NCBI GenBank assembly: GCA_965279315.1
Contig: OZ257145.1
Span: 1,933,536-1,997,535, forward strand
DNA: 64,000 bases
From: Alphaproteobacteria bacterium
GTDB lineage: Bacteria; Pseudomonadota; Alphaproteobacteria; Micavibrionales; UBA2020
Direction: 5' to 3'
Notes under the pieces: generated by a model
Told to the model about the DNA's origin: nothing
What the model saw: the letters and a program-made list of their open reading frames with translations, nothing else
The model's database searches: none
Program-made: the position numbers and the translations under genes
Shown: positions 1-9,828 of the stretch, piece by piece
Numbering within the stretch: position 1 is the stretch's first letter
How the letters are laid out: the number at the start of each line of letters is the position of its first letter

Positions 1-396
1 TTTCAGGATAAGGCCGAGACCATATCCGCCCTCGGCCAATGACGATGCGGCATCGAGGCGGGCGAGCGCGGTTTTGCATTTTGCATCGAAATCTGCGAAT
101 GCCGTGCTGTCATCGGCGATGTCGATCAGCGCATTTTTGCCCTGCAGCCGCAGGCGGATTTCAATGTGCTTGGCGCGCGCCGGGGGGTGCTTGGCAAGGT
201 TTGTCAGCACCTCCGACACCGACAGCAGCAGCATACCGGAATATGCGGCATCGACCCCCTGGCCTTGCAGGAAATCCGCGAGGCGCGCGCGCAGCGGCGG
301 AATATCATCGTATGCTACGCCCGCCAGCACTTCCTTGAAGCCCGGGGAAGATGGCGCAGGCGCAGGATGCGGCGGTGTGGGCTGCTGTGCGGACAT
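1..396 (-). CDS. GHKL-type ATPase / anti-sigma-factor-like serine kinase (RsbW/SpoIIAB-like), 3' end cut by the window edge
   Basis: Absent from the ORF track because there is no stop in the window. A minus-strand ATG at 396-394 opens a frame that runs to base 1: MSAQQPTPPHPAP..EVLTNLAKHPPARAKHIEIRLRL..LIDIADDSTAF..AEGGYGLGLILK. These are N-box, G1 and G2-like motifs of HATPase_c. Confidence 0.5.
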   Translation of the reverse strand, partial: MSAQQPTPPHPAPAPSSPGFKEVLAGVAYDDIPPLRARLADFLQGQGVDAAYSGMLLLSVSEVLTNLAKHPPARAKHIEIRLRLQGKNALIDIADDSTAFADFDAKCKTALARLDAASSLAEGGYGLGLILK

Positions 397-452
397 GCGA
401 ATGGCTGTTTCCCCCGTCTGGTGACGGGGCAAGCCTCGCAATTATCGTGCCA

Positions 453-2507
453 TCAGTTTTTGGGGACGAAATCGTAAATCGTGCGGGGGCTTTCGCCGAA
501 ACGCAGGCGGTAGATGTAATAGGATTCCATCACGCGCTGGATGTAATTGCGGGTTTCATAAATGGGAATATGCTCGACCCAGTCCAGCACGTCGATCTGG
601 CCGCGGCGGGGGTCGCCGAACTGCGCGTTCCATTCGCTGACGCGGCCCGGGCCTGCGTTATAGGCCGCAATCGCCATGGGGTAGAACCCTGCGTAATCGT
701 CGACAAGCCCTTGCAGGTACGCCTCGCCCAGCAGCGTGTTATAGCGGGGATCGGTGGTCAGCTTGTCGACGTTGTAAGCTTCGCCTGTCGACCGCGCCAT
801 CATCTTGGCGGTGCCCGGCATCAGCTGCATCAGGCCGCGCGCGCCGACGGGCGACAGCGCCTTGGGGTTGAACATGCTCTCGCGGTGGATGATCGCATGG
901 ACCAGCGATTTTTCAGGCCGCGACAGCGGCAGCGGCGGCAGGGTGGGATAGCCTTCGAAAAACAGGAACTGGCCGAGCTGTTGCTGGCAATCCTTGTTCG
1001 CCTGCACGGCGTAGTAATACCGCTCCGTCTCGCGCGCCAGTTTTGCCACCATGCTGTACTGGTCGCGCGTTTTCGCATCCGCAATCATGCGGGCGAGGAA
1101 AGGGTCGAGGATGTTCTTGAGGCCAAGGCCGTTCAAGACCCGCACTGCGCGCGCCAGCTCGCTCCGCTGGAACAGCGTATCGACGGCGGGCGCAATCGCG
1201 GGTTCCCTGAACGTCGCGGGCGTGGGGCGGCCGTACAGTTTCTCGTAGCTCAGCTGGCCGTAGAAAGTGGACGGGTATTTCGCCGCGATCTTTTCCCATT
1301 CCATCGCGGTCGGCTGGCCGGGGAACGCCTTTTCCGCCGCGCGCGCCGCCCAGTATGCGCCGCGCGAATGGCTGATCGCGGTCGACACTTTTTTATACAT
1401 CGTGTCGAAATGGTAGTACGCCTTGACGGGGTCTTTCAGGTAATTGAGTTTCAGCCAGCCCATCATCCATTCGGCGGTCGCGTATTCGATGCCGTCGGTC
1501 AGCTGGTTTTTCTCGGCGAGTTTATACGCGCCCGCGTAATCGCCCGCCTCGATGCGGCGGCGGGCGAGGATGCCAAGCTCCCCCCACCACATATCGGGGC
1601 GCGTGGTTTTCGCGGGCATCTGCGCCACCAGTTCCATCGCGCCCGCATCCATGTCCTTGCGGCGGCGCCAGCGCAGGCGTTCGAACAGCAGCCCTTCGCC
1701 GTTCTGGTATGCCGCCGGCACGGCGGCCAGCAGCGCATCGGCATTCTTCGACATGCGGCCCAGCGCGATCCGCGCCTGCGCCGCCGCGCGCTGGCTGGGC
1801 GCGACAAAGGCGAGCATGTATTCGGCCTCGGAATAACGCCCCTCCCAGATCAGGTGGTCGAGGCGCTCCGCATGGGCATGGGGCGCAAAGCCGCTTTTGT
1901 ACGCGCCCGCCAATGCCGCCGTCTGGTTCTTGTTCAGGTCCGCCTGCTTCCAGAATTTCGCCAGCGCCACCCGCGCCTCCGGCAATTTTCCGCTATGGAT
2001 CAGCGCGTCGATGTAGCCCTTTTCGCCGTCATAGGTCGTGGGCGGGTTCTGCTGGAACCACGCCACCGTTTCGGCATTGTTGCCCGCACGCGCGAGGTTA
2101 TCCTCGATCTTGCGGCGGAAGATATGCAGCTTTGGCCAGTCGGGATTGTTGCGCACGAATTCCATCAGCTGGTGGGGCGCCACCGGCAAATTCGTTTCCG
2201 TCACGTAAATCCAGGTGATCAGCTTCGCGCCGATCGGGTCGGAATGGTTCTTGATCAGCGCGAAAGTTTTCGGCCAGTCGGCATCCATGCTGGAGGCGAC
2301 GGGCGCTTTTGCGACCGGTTTCTTCACCGCCTGCTTCTTCGCAGGCTTCTTTGGTGCATTTTTGCCGACCGGTTTGGATGTCGTTGTTTTTGTCGCGGTT
2401 TTCTTTTGATTCTGGGCGGTTGCGGCATCGGAAATGCCTGCAAAACCGATCATGCCGGCCAGCACCGCCATCCCCAAAACCCTTGCCATTTTGCCCATAA
2501 ATGACAT
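453..2507 (-). CDS. slt: Soluble lytic murein transglycosylase (Slt70-type)
   Basis: ORF 453..2726 trimmed to Met74, which begins a signal peptide (MSFMGKMARVLGMAVLAGMIGFAGISDAATA). C-terminal SLT motifs are present: AIIHRESMFNPKALSPVGARGLMQLMPGTA and AYNAGPGRV. A long helical repeat region precedes them. Confidence 0.9.
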   Translation of the reverse strand: MSFMGKMARVLGMAVLAGMIGFAGISDAATAQNQKKTATKTTTSKPVGKNAPKKPAKKQAVKKPVAKAPVASSMDADWPKTFALIKNHSDPIGAKLITWIYVTETNLPVAPHQLMEFVRNNPDWPKLHIFRRKIEDNLARAGNNAETVAWFQQNPPTTYDGEKGYIDALIHSGKLPEARVALAKFWKQADLNKNQTAALAGAYKSGFAPHAHAERLDHLIWEGRYSEAEYMLAFVAPSQRAAAQARIALGRMSKNADALLAAVPAAYQNGEGLLFERLRWRRRKDMDAGAMELVAQMPAKTTRPDMWWGELGILARRRIEAGDYAGAYKLAEKNQLTDGIEYATAEWMMGWLKLNYLKDPVKAYYHFDTMYKKVSTAISHSRGAYWAARAAEKAFPGQPTAMEWEKIAAKYPSTFYGQLSYEKLYGRPTPATFREPAIAPAVDTLFQRSELARAVRVLNGLGLKNILDPFLARMIADAKTRDQYSMVAKLARETERYYYAVQANKDCQQQLGQFLFFEGYPTLPPLPLSRPEKSLVHAIIHRESMFNPKALSPVGARGLMQLMPGTAKMMARSTGEAYNVDKLTTDPRYNTLLGEAYLQGLVDDYAGFYPMAIAAYNAGPGRVSEWNAQFGDPRRGQIDVLDWVEHIPIYETRNYIQRVMESYYIYRLRFGESPRTIYDFVPKN

Positions 2508-2555
2508 ATTCTTGCCCGGTATGCCCGCGATTACGGGCGCAACCGGAGAACAACC

Positions 2556-3473
2556 ATGACACGCTTTAAAGGATCCTACGTCGCACTCGTCACCCCCTTC
2601 CGCAAGGGCAAGGTGGATGTCGACGCGTTCCAGAAGCTTGTCGAGTGGCATATCGCCAGCGGGACTCATGGGCTTGTTCCTTGCGGGACAACGGGTGAAA
2701 CGCCGACCCTGTCGGAAAGCGAACACAAATCCCTCATCAAAGCCTGCGTCGAGGCCGCGGACGGGCGTGTGCCGGTCATCGCGGGTACAGGCTCCAATTC
2801 GACCGAAACTGCGGTTGACCTGGCGCGCTTCGCTGACAAAAGCGGTGCTGATGGCATTCTAGTCGTAACGCCGTATTATAACAAGCCTACGCAGGAGGGT
2901 TTGTACCAGCATTACAAGGCCGTCAACGATGCGCAGGGCCTCCCCATCATTCTGTATAACGTGCCGGGCCGCACGGGCGTCGACCTGTCGGTTGAATCCG
3001 TCATCCGCTGCGCGGGCCTGAAGCGCGTCGCGGGCATCAAGGACGCGTCGGTCGATCTCAGCCGCCCGCTGGCCATTCGTGTGGCCTTGGGCGATGAATT
3101 CATCCAGCTGTCGGGCGAAGACGCAACGGTTGCCGCGTACCTTGCGCAGGGCGGCCATGGCTGCATTTCGGTCACCGCCAACGTGGCGCCCCGTATCTGC
3201 GCCGACCTGCACATCAACTGGCAGCAGAAAAACTGGAAAGGTTTTGAAAAGGCGCGCGATGCGCTGCTGCCGCTGCATAAATACCTGTTCGCGGAGACCA
3301 ACCCGTCGCCCGCCAAATACTGCCTCTCGCGCCTTGGCAAATGTTCCGAAGAAACCCGCCTGCCGCTCGTCCCCGTCACCGCGCCCACGCGCGCGAAACT
3401 GGATGAGGCGATGGAATTCGCCGGCATCTTCAAGCTCGGCAAAAAAACGCTGAAAAAGGCGGGGAAGCGCTGA
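2556..3473 (+). CDS. dapA: 4-hydroxy-tetrahydrodipicolinate synthase
   Basis: MTRFKGSYVALVTPF..GLVPCGTTGE..VIAGTGSNST..VVTPYYNKP..ILYNVPGRTG..IAGIKDAS. Typical DapA motifs and length. Confidence 0.95.
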   Translation: MTRFKGSYVALVTPFRKGKVDVDAFQKLVEWHIASGTHGLVPCGTTGETPTLSESEHKSLIKACVEAADGRVPVIAGTGSNSTETAVDLARFADKSGADGILVVTPYYNKPTQEGLYQHYKAVNDAQGLPIILYNVPGRTGVDLSVESVIRCAGLKRVAGIKDASVDLSRPLAIRVALGDEFIQLSGEDATVAAYLAQGGHGCISVTANVAPRICADLHINWQQKNWKGFEKARDALLPLHKYLFAETNPSPAKYCLSRLGKCSEETRLPLVPVTAPTRAKLDEAMEFAGIFKLGKKTLKKAGKR

Positions 3474-3482
3474 TGCGCCGTC

Positions 3483-3980
3483 ATGACGGGAAAAAACAAA
3501 AGCCAGGGCAAGAAAGACCCGAATAACAAGACCGTCGCCATGAACCGCAAGGCGCGGTTCACGTATTTTATCGAGGACACGATGGAGGCCGGCATCATGC
3601 TGACCGGCACCGAAGTGAAATCGCTCCGCACCGGACAGGCGAGCATCGCCGAAAGCTACGCCGCCGTGCAGGGCTCGGAAATCTTCCTCGTCAACGCCCA
3701 TATCCCCGAATACACGAAATCAAACGCCAAGTGGCAGCATGAAGTGCGCCGCGCGCGGAAATTGCTGCTGCACAAAGGCCAGATGAGCAAGCTGATCGGC
3801 GCGGTGCAGCGCAAAGGCACCACGCTGATACCCTTGTCGGTCTATTTCAACGATCGCGGGATTGCGAAAGTCGAACTCGGCATCGCCACCGGCAAAAAAC
3901 AGCACGACAAGCGCCAGACCGAAAAAGACCGCGACTGGCAGCGCGAAAAAGGCCGCGTGATGAGCGACAAGAACGCTTAA
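3483..3980 (+). CDS. smpB: SsrA-binding protein SmpB
   Basis: [71 protein letters not shown]. Canonical SmpB sequence. Confidence 0.95.
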   Translation: MTGKNKSQGKKDPNNKTVAMNRKARFTYFIEDTMEAGIMLTGTEVKSLRTGQASIAESYAAVQGSEIFLVNAHIPEYTKSNAKWQHEVRRARKLLLHKGQMSKLIGAVQRKGTTLIPLSVYFNDRGIAKVELGIATGKKQHDKRQTEKDRDWQREKGRVMSDKNA

Positions 3981-4002
3981 TTCATAAACCTCTATCTCTT
4001 CC

Positions 4003-4028
4003 GTAACCCCGGCCTTCGCCGGGCTTAC
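4003..4028. repeat. Single REP-type hairpin (half element), probable smpB terminator
   Basis: GTAACCCCGGCCTTCGCCGGGCTTAC lies about 20 nt after the smpB stop. It has the same stem family as the long REP subfamily ends at 41906 and 44940. Confidence 0.5.
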
Positions 4029-4844
4029 ATGCTGCTCTTATCAAATCGCCTCCATTCGTGTAAATTTGTGTTCATTCGTGGGGAAAATACTACCCCAGCG
4101 CGGGAGCCCTCCATGCCCTTCATCGTCACCGATTTCGACACCAACGACATTATCGATATGGAGGGCGATGTCGATGCGCGGTTTGCGCCGTGTTCGACGT
4201 TCAAGATCCCGCTCGCCCTGATGGGCTTTGATGCCAATATCCTCCATGACGGGCAGGGGCCGCTTTGGCATTACAAGCCGGAATACGATGAGCGCGCGCC
4301 TGTCATGATCGACGCATGGCGCAAGAGTTTCGACCCCGCCGGATGGCTGAAGGAATCCGCGATCTGGTATTCGCAGGTGCTGGCGGAAAAACTGGGCGCA
4401 GAGAAATTCGCGAAATATGTGGCGGCGTTCGACTACGGCAACGGCGATATTTCCGGCGATGCGGGCAAGAACAACGGCCTGACCAACAGCTGGCTTTCCA
4501 GCAGCTTGCAAATCTCGCCGCGCGAACAGATTGGTTTCCTGCGCCGGATGCTGGCGGGCAGGTTGCCGATCTCGGAATTCGCGCTGGGCAAAACCGCGCC
4601 GCTGCTCTTTGCAGGTGAAATCGGCGGCGGGCGTTTGTTCGGCAAGACCGGCACCGGCTTCGCCGACCGCGCCGCCAAAAAACAGCGCGGCTGGTATATC
4701 GGCTGGCTGGAACGCGGCCCGCGCAAGTTCATTTACGCAGGTCTCTTTGATTACGCAGGCCCCGACTTCGCGGGAAAATACGCGCGCGGTATCATGACCG
4801 ATGTGCTGAACCGGCTCTGTAACAGCAGTGATGTGCCGGGGTAA
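4029..4844 (+). CDS. Class D (OXA-type) beta-lactamase-fold / BlaR-sensor-like protein
   Basis: Motifs in the correct order: STFK (active-site Ser-x-x-Lys), SAIWYSQ (SxV-like), FDYGNGD (YGN), WLSSSLQISPREQIGFL, and KTGTG. The start may be 4029 or Met29 at 4113. Confidence 0.75.
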   Translation: MLLLSNRLHSCKFVFIRGENTTPAREPSMPFIVTDFDTNDIIDMEGDVDARFAPCSTFKIPLALMGFDANILHDGQGPLWHYKPEYDERAPVMIDAWRKSFDPAGWLKESAIWYSQVLAEKLGAEKFAKYVAAFDYGNGDISGDAGKNNGLTNSWLSSSLQISPREQIGFLRRMLAGRLPISEFALGKTAPLLFAGEIGGGRLFGKTGTGFADRAAKKQRGWYIGWLERGPRKFIYAGLFDYAGPDFAGKYARGIMTDVLNRLCNSSDVPG

Positions 4845-4856
4845 AGATCAACATAC

Positions 4857-4936
4857 GTCATCCCCGCGAAAGCGGGGATCTCGGGGTGTGACAGGGCGCA
4901 TAAAGCCAATGGGATCCCCGCTTTCGCGGGGATGAC
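4857..4936. repeat. REP/MITE-like double-hairpin palindromic element (80 bp)
   Basis: GTCATCCCCGCGAAAGCGGGGATC, a 32-nt spacer, then GATCCCCGCTTTCGCGGGGATGAC. It lies between convergent gene ends. The spacer core TTATGCGCCCTG is shared, in inverted orientation, with the copy at 14775. Confidence 0.85.
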
Positions 4937-4943
4937 ACCTGCA

Positions 4944-5423
4944 TTAACCTCTGTCAAAAGCTTCTTTCAGCTTCTTCGCATCCAGCTTGACCATCTGCCA
5001 CATCGCCTCGTTCATGGCTTGCCGCTTTTTCTTGTTCTTGCTGGTCTGCCATTTCATGATCTGGTCGGGGAAAACCTGCCAGCGGATGCCGTATTTATCA
5101 ATCACCCAGCCGCATTGCACCGGCTGGCCGCCGCCACTGGAAAGTTTTTTCCAGTATGTGTCGATCTCGCGCTGCGTCTTGCACGGCACGGTCATGGAGA
5201 ATGAATCGTTGAACTCTTTGGGAACGAAGCCATTCAGCAGCATGATTTTCTGCCCGCGCACGGTCAGCTCGATCGTCAGCACAGAGCCTTCTTTGACACC
5301 CATCGGGTTCGGCCCCCAATAGGATGTCGCGCCGATCTTGGTGTCCTTGAAAACGGATTTGTAAAATTTGGCCATCTCCGACGCCTTGTCGTTCGACCAG
5401 ATGCAGATGTAGTTTTTTGCCAT
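4944..5423 (-). CDS. VOC/glyoxalase-superfamily protein (PhnB-like, 3-demethylubiquinone-9 3-methyltransferase-domain family)
   Basis: ORF 4944..5600 trimmed to Met60 (MAKNYICIWSND..). It contains KFYKSVFKD, LTIELTVRGQKIMLLNG, CKTQREIDTYWKKLS and QCGWVIDKYGIRWQV. The upstream part of the ORF runs into a repeat element. Confidence 0.7.
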   Translation of the reverse strand: MAKNYICIWSNDKASEMAKFYKSVFKDTKIGATSYWGPNPMGVKEGSVLTIELTVRGQKIMLLNGFVPKEFNDSFSMTVPCKTQREIDTYWKKLSSGGGQPVQCGWVIDKYGIRWQVFPDQIMKWQTSKNKKKRQAMNEAMWQMVKLDAKKLKEAFDRG

Positions 5424-5506
5424 GCGTGAATTCTCCCTTGGGGTGAAGTGTAGCGCGCGGCTGTAATGCTGTATAGGGGCGACGCGATATTGAAGCGGGC
5501 GTGCTT

Positions 5507-5653
5507 CCCTTCTCCTTTGGGAGAAGGAGGGGCCCGTCGCTCTTTCTTGCGGCGGGAGGATGAGGGTACTCCGTCGGCGTCGGGCTTTCACGTTGACCAA
5601 GTACCCTCACCTCTGTCGCTTCGCGACATCTCCTCTCCCAAAAGGAGAGGAGA
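5507..5653. repeat. Type-2 structured repeat (two inverted half-units)
   Basis: The left half contains hairpin CTTCTCC-TTTG-GGAGAAG followed by GAGGATGAGGGTAC. The right half is GTACCCTCACCTCTGTCGCTTCGCGACA followed by hairpin TCTCCTCTCC-CAAAA-GGAGAGGAGA. The right half is nearly identical (reverse complement) to 11112..11170. Confidence 0.8.
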
Positions 5654-5660
5654 AAAAGTA

Positions 5661-5692
5661 AACGGCCCGCCTCGGGAAGAAGGCGGGCCGTT
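5661..5692 (-). terminator. Rho-independent terminator of recA
   Basis: AACGGCCCGCC / GGCGGGCCGTT form an 11-bp stem. On the minus strand it is followed by TACTTTTTCT, about 60 nt after the recA stop. Confidence 0.7.
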
Positions 5693-5750
5693 CGGGGTAA
5701 GAAGAAAGCAATGGCTACGTCTGTTGTGTGTGAGCGGGGGTTATCAGGGG

Positions 5751-6896
<1,146 letters not shown>

Positions 6897-7059
6897 GTGA
6901 TTTATCCTCTTTTTCGATCGTTGATCAATCTCAAACTCGGTCTTACCCCGGTTCGATCTATAAATCCACTGTACCTATTTCGTTCTCATGGCACAAGAAC
7001 AAAATAGAACAAAAACGATACAAATTTTCTTGACAAACGATTTCAATGGGATAGGTGGG

Positions 7060-8949
7060 CTATTCCGAGAACACGAAGTTGAAACAAGGGCTTATTTCAA
7101 GCGTGTCGCCCGTTTGCACATTGCGCCATTTTCCGGGCGTTTCTTCCGTCAGGTCGCCTTGCCGGATGCCGGGTCCGAACAGGATGAAGTCTTCGAAGGG
7201 ATACGGCCATTGATAATCGATGCGCTGGCGCGTCGCGCGGGAATCCGTATCCGTGATTTTTTCGCGTTGCAGGGCGACATCGCGCTTGTCGCCGTTTCGC
7301 GTTTCGATGCCAAGCATCAGGCGGGTGCCCGCCTCGCCGCGGATCAGCGCAACGACATCGGCAAGCGCGGGCGGCAGCGGTTCGCCGTTGATGGCGACGA
7401 CGCGGTCGCCTGCCGCAATGCCCGCTTTTTCAGCAGGGGAGCCGGGCATCGTGCCAGCCGACACAACGCCGCCGCCGCCGTCCTGGGCAAGGCGCAGGCC
7501 GATGCCGCTGAAAACAGTCGCGGGAGAGGGCAGCAGCCGGAATATATGCTCGTCGCGTTTTGATCCGGGGTCGCGGCAGGTTTTGTACAGCGTCTTGCTG
7601 CCCCAGTTTTTGTTAAGGATAAGGAGCGAGGGGGTGGCGTTCGTATCAAGCCTCTCTGTGCCCTTGCCCGCAAGAATGACCTGCAAGCCGTCGCTGCCGA
7701 TTTTCAGGCTGCCGTTGCCCGTGCAAATGGTATCGACGCTGTTGCTGAAATGTAATCCGCTTTGTCGGTTCACTTCTTCCTGTGCTTCGCAATTATAGTC
7801 TTTTTTCACAACTTGCAGCGGCAAAGATGCCGGATCAAGCGGCAAGCGGCGCAGGGTGCGTTTCAGTGAATTTTCGTTGATTATCCTGACGCCTTGCCCT
7901 GTCAGGAAATCCGGCGGCAGTTTTCGGGCCTGAACCATTGTCGCGACGAGGGTGAGCGCGTCTTTTATCTGCTGGTTTTCCGTGGCGGCTGCCCAGTCGT
8001 TATATATGCGCGCGCTTTCCGCGTAATCGGGCGTGTAGGGTTGTGGCTGTTCTTCGCGCGGCAGCTTCGGCTTCGGCATATCTTTTTCGCGGGCGTCGCG
8101 GGCGGCCACCTGCGCGGCGTAATCATTGTCGCAGGTATCGGATATCCTGACATCGGCTTCGGCAGTGATCGCGACGCGGCGGGTCTTGCCGTCGGCGTCG
8201 GTTGCGGTCCAGATATACGCGCCGGGCGCGGTGTCGAATTTCTTTTTCAGGTCGTCGGATATGGGCGCGTCGTCTTTTTTCCAGGCAAGGCAGCGATCGA
8301 GAAGCACGCTGTCGAGCGCGGGATCGAGGCGTAGCTCCATGAAATCGTCTTCAAGATCGTTCAGCCCCGGCGCCATCACGCGCACGTCGTTGCGGCGGCC
8401 GTCGGCGAGGTTGAAAACCTCCACGCTGACCAGCAGAGATCCATCCAGGTATAAAAGCGGTTTCCAGCCTTTGACGGTATCGCGGCCGCCATTACCGTCG
8501 AAATGAATGCCATGCGCCGACGGTATGCTGCGCGCATTCGCGAAGGTGACAGGTTTTTGGCGGTTCAGCTGCGCGTGCAGCGCGGCCGAGGTTCTTTCCG
8601 CCGCGATGCGGTTGTCATCGACCGCGCGCTTTAGCGTGGATAATTCATTGCGCAGCTGCGCGACGGAATCGCGCAGGTCCTGCGCCTCGGCCGCCTGGGT
8701 CTGTGCCATCCCGGCCGTTTCGCGGGCCAGCGCCCGCGCGGCCTGCGCCGTATCATCGCGCGCCTGTGCGATGTCGCGCTTCAAAAGGTCGCGGTCGGCC
8801 TGCGCGCGGTTTTGGGCGATGTCGATGTTTTCAATCGTGCGCGTGTTCAGCATCACCGACACCGCAAGGCAGGCGATGACGAACCAGCACAGCGCGGACA
8901 AAACGGCGAGGGGATTTTTAAAAAACGGATGCATGTAAAAGTATAACAC
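7060..8949 (-). CDS. Membrane-anchored coiled-coil protein with a C-terminal PDZ domain
   Basis: N-terminal TM helix (LAVLSALCWFVIACLAVSVML), then a coiled-coil stretch (AQADRDLLKRDIAQARDDTAQAARALA..). A PDZ signature follows: GIGLRLAQDGGGGVVSAGTMPGSPAEKAGIAAGDRVVAINGEPL. Confidence 0.7.
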   Translation of the reverse strand: MLYFYMHPFFKNPLAVLSALCWFVIACLAVSVMLNTRTIENIDIAQNRAQADRDLLKRDIAQARDDTAQAARALARETAGMAQTQAAEAQDLRDSVAQLRNELSTLKRAVDDNRIAAERTSAALHAQLNRQKPVTFANARSIPSAHGIHFDGNGGRDTVKGWKPLLYLDGSLLVSVEVFNLADGRRNDVRVMAPGLNDLEDDFMELRLDPALDSVLLDRCLAWKKDDAPISDDLKKKFDTAPGAYIWTATDADGKTRRVAITAEADVRISDTCDNDYAAQVAARDAREKDMPKPKLPREEQPQPYTPDYAESARIYNDWAAATENQQIKDALTLVATMVQARKLPPDFLTGQGVRIINENSLKRTLRRLPLDPASLPLQVVKKDYNCEAQEEVNRQSGLHFSNSVDTICTGNGSLKIGSDGLQVILAGKGTERLDTNATPSLLILNKNWGSKTLYKTCRDPGSKRDEHIFRLLPSPATVFSGIGLRLAQDGGGGVVSAGTMPGSPAEKAGIAAGDRVVAINGEPLPPALADVVALIRGEAGTRLMLGIETRNGDKRDVALQREKITDTDSRATRQRIDYQWPYPFEDFILFGPGIRQGDLTEETPGKWRNVQTGDTLEISPCFNFVFSE

Positions 8950-9000
8950 CCAATCGTTTAGAAACCGGTAAAGCCGGCTTAAACCATGGATATCATGCTT

Positions 9001-9828
9001 TTAATATACGGGCGGCGATGCGGGCGCGGGGCCTGCGTTCTGGCCGAGGGTTTTGAGGATGTCGGTCAAAACGCCGCTTGCGCCGATGCGGAATTTATCG
9101 ACGCTGATCCAGTTTTTGCCCATCATGCTTTCTGTGAGCGCGATGTATTGCGCGCCGTCGCCGACGGTTTTCACGCCGCCGGAAATTTTCACGCCCGCGT
9201 CGAAACCGGTGTCGCGGATCGATTGCAGCATCGTGGCCGCAGCCTCCAGCGATGCGCCGCCGGTTGCGTGTTTGCCCGTCGATGTCTTTAAAAAATCCGC
9301 GCCCGCATCGAGCGCGAGGACGGATGCCGCGTATAAATCTTTATAATCGGTGAAAACGGAACTCTCCAAAATCACTTTCAGTTTTACGCCCGCGCCGCAT
9401 TCGGCGCGGCAAACGCGCAGCAATTCCGCTGCTTTTTCCACGTTTCCGTTTAAAAATGAATCATGGTCGAGCACGATGTCGATTTCGTTCGCGCCGGATT
9501 TGATCGCGGCGCGCGTGTCGGCCGCCGTTTTTTCCGGCGTACCTGCGCCCGACGGAAAGTTGATGACGGTCGCGCGGTTGATGCCTTTTTGCGCGGTCGC
9601 GTTGAAAGTTTGCGTGAGAAACTGCGGATAAACGCACGTCGCCGCAACATGCCCCAATTTTCCCTGGTCCGCTTTTGCGATCAGCGTGTCGATGACGGCG
9701 GGGGTGTCGGTGTCATTCAAACTGGTGAGGTCGAGGCTGTGAAAAGTTGTCAGCGCGGCGGTTTCGGAAGCGGGGGCCGCTTTTGCTTTTTCGACAAGAC
9801 CGGCGAGGGTGCCGGGAAAATTTTTCAT
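9001..9828 (-). CDS. deoC: Deoxyribose-phosphate aldolase
   Basis: ORF trimmed to Met23 (MKNFPG..). It contains ATVINFPSG, EIDIVL, LKVILES, the Schiff-base region FLKTSTGK, and VKISGGVKT. Confidence 0.85.
   Translation of the reverse strand: MKNFPGTLAGLVEKAKAAPASETAALTTFHSLDLTSLNDTDTPAVIDTLIAKADQGKLGHVAATCVYPQFLTQTFNATAQKGINRATVINFPSGAGTPEKTAADTRAAIKSGANEIDIVLDHDSFLNGNVEKAAELLRVCRAECGAGVKLKVILESSVFTDYKDLYAASVLALDAGADFLKTSTGKHATGGASLEAAATMLQSIRDTGFDAGVKISGGVKTVGDGAQYIALTESMMGKNWISVDKFRIGASGVLTDILKTLGQNAGPAPASPPVY

Noticed and set aside
351-2504. 717-aa plus-strand ORF covering the whole slt region
   Set aside because: It is an Arg/Ala/Gly/His-rich shadow ORF antisense to a clearly recognisable Slt70-type transglycosylase. 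Such shadows are typical of high-GC DNA with few stop codons. No domain motif is present.
4751-4957. Small ORFs lying on REP elements (4751..4957, 14661..14870 and 28819..29229), and N-terminal extensions of 20679..21479 and 40958..41896
   Set aside because: Their sequences (..VIPAKAGIP.., ..IPAFAGMT.., ..SFPRMRES..) are simply translations of the palindromic repeats. The real genes start after the elements.
6981-7010. Possible LexA/SOS box upstream of recA: GAAC-AAAATA-GAAC (6997-7010), with GTTC at 6982-6985
   Set aside because: The alphaproteobacterial SOS box is a GTTC-N7-GTTC direct repeat. Here the spacing, confirmed from the overlapping ORF translation, is N6, so I cannot call it a LexA site without a motif scan against other damage-inducible promoters of this genome.
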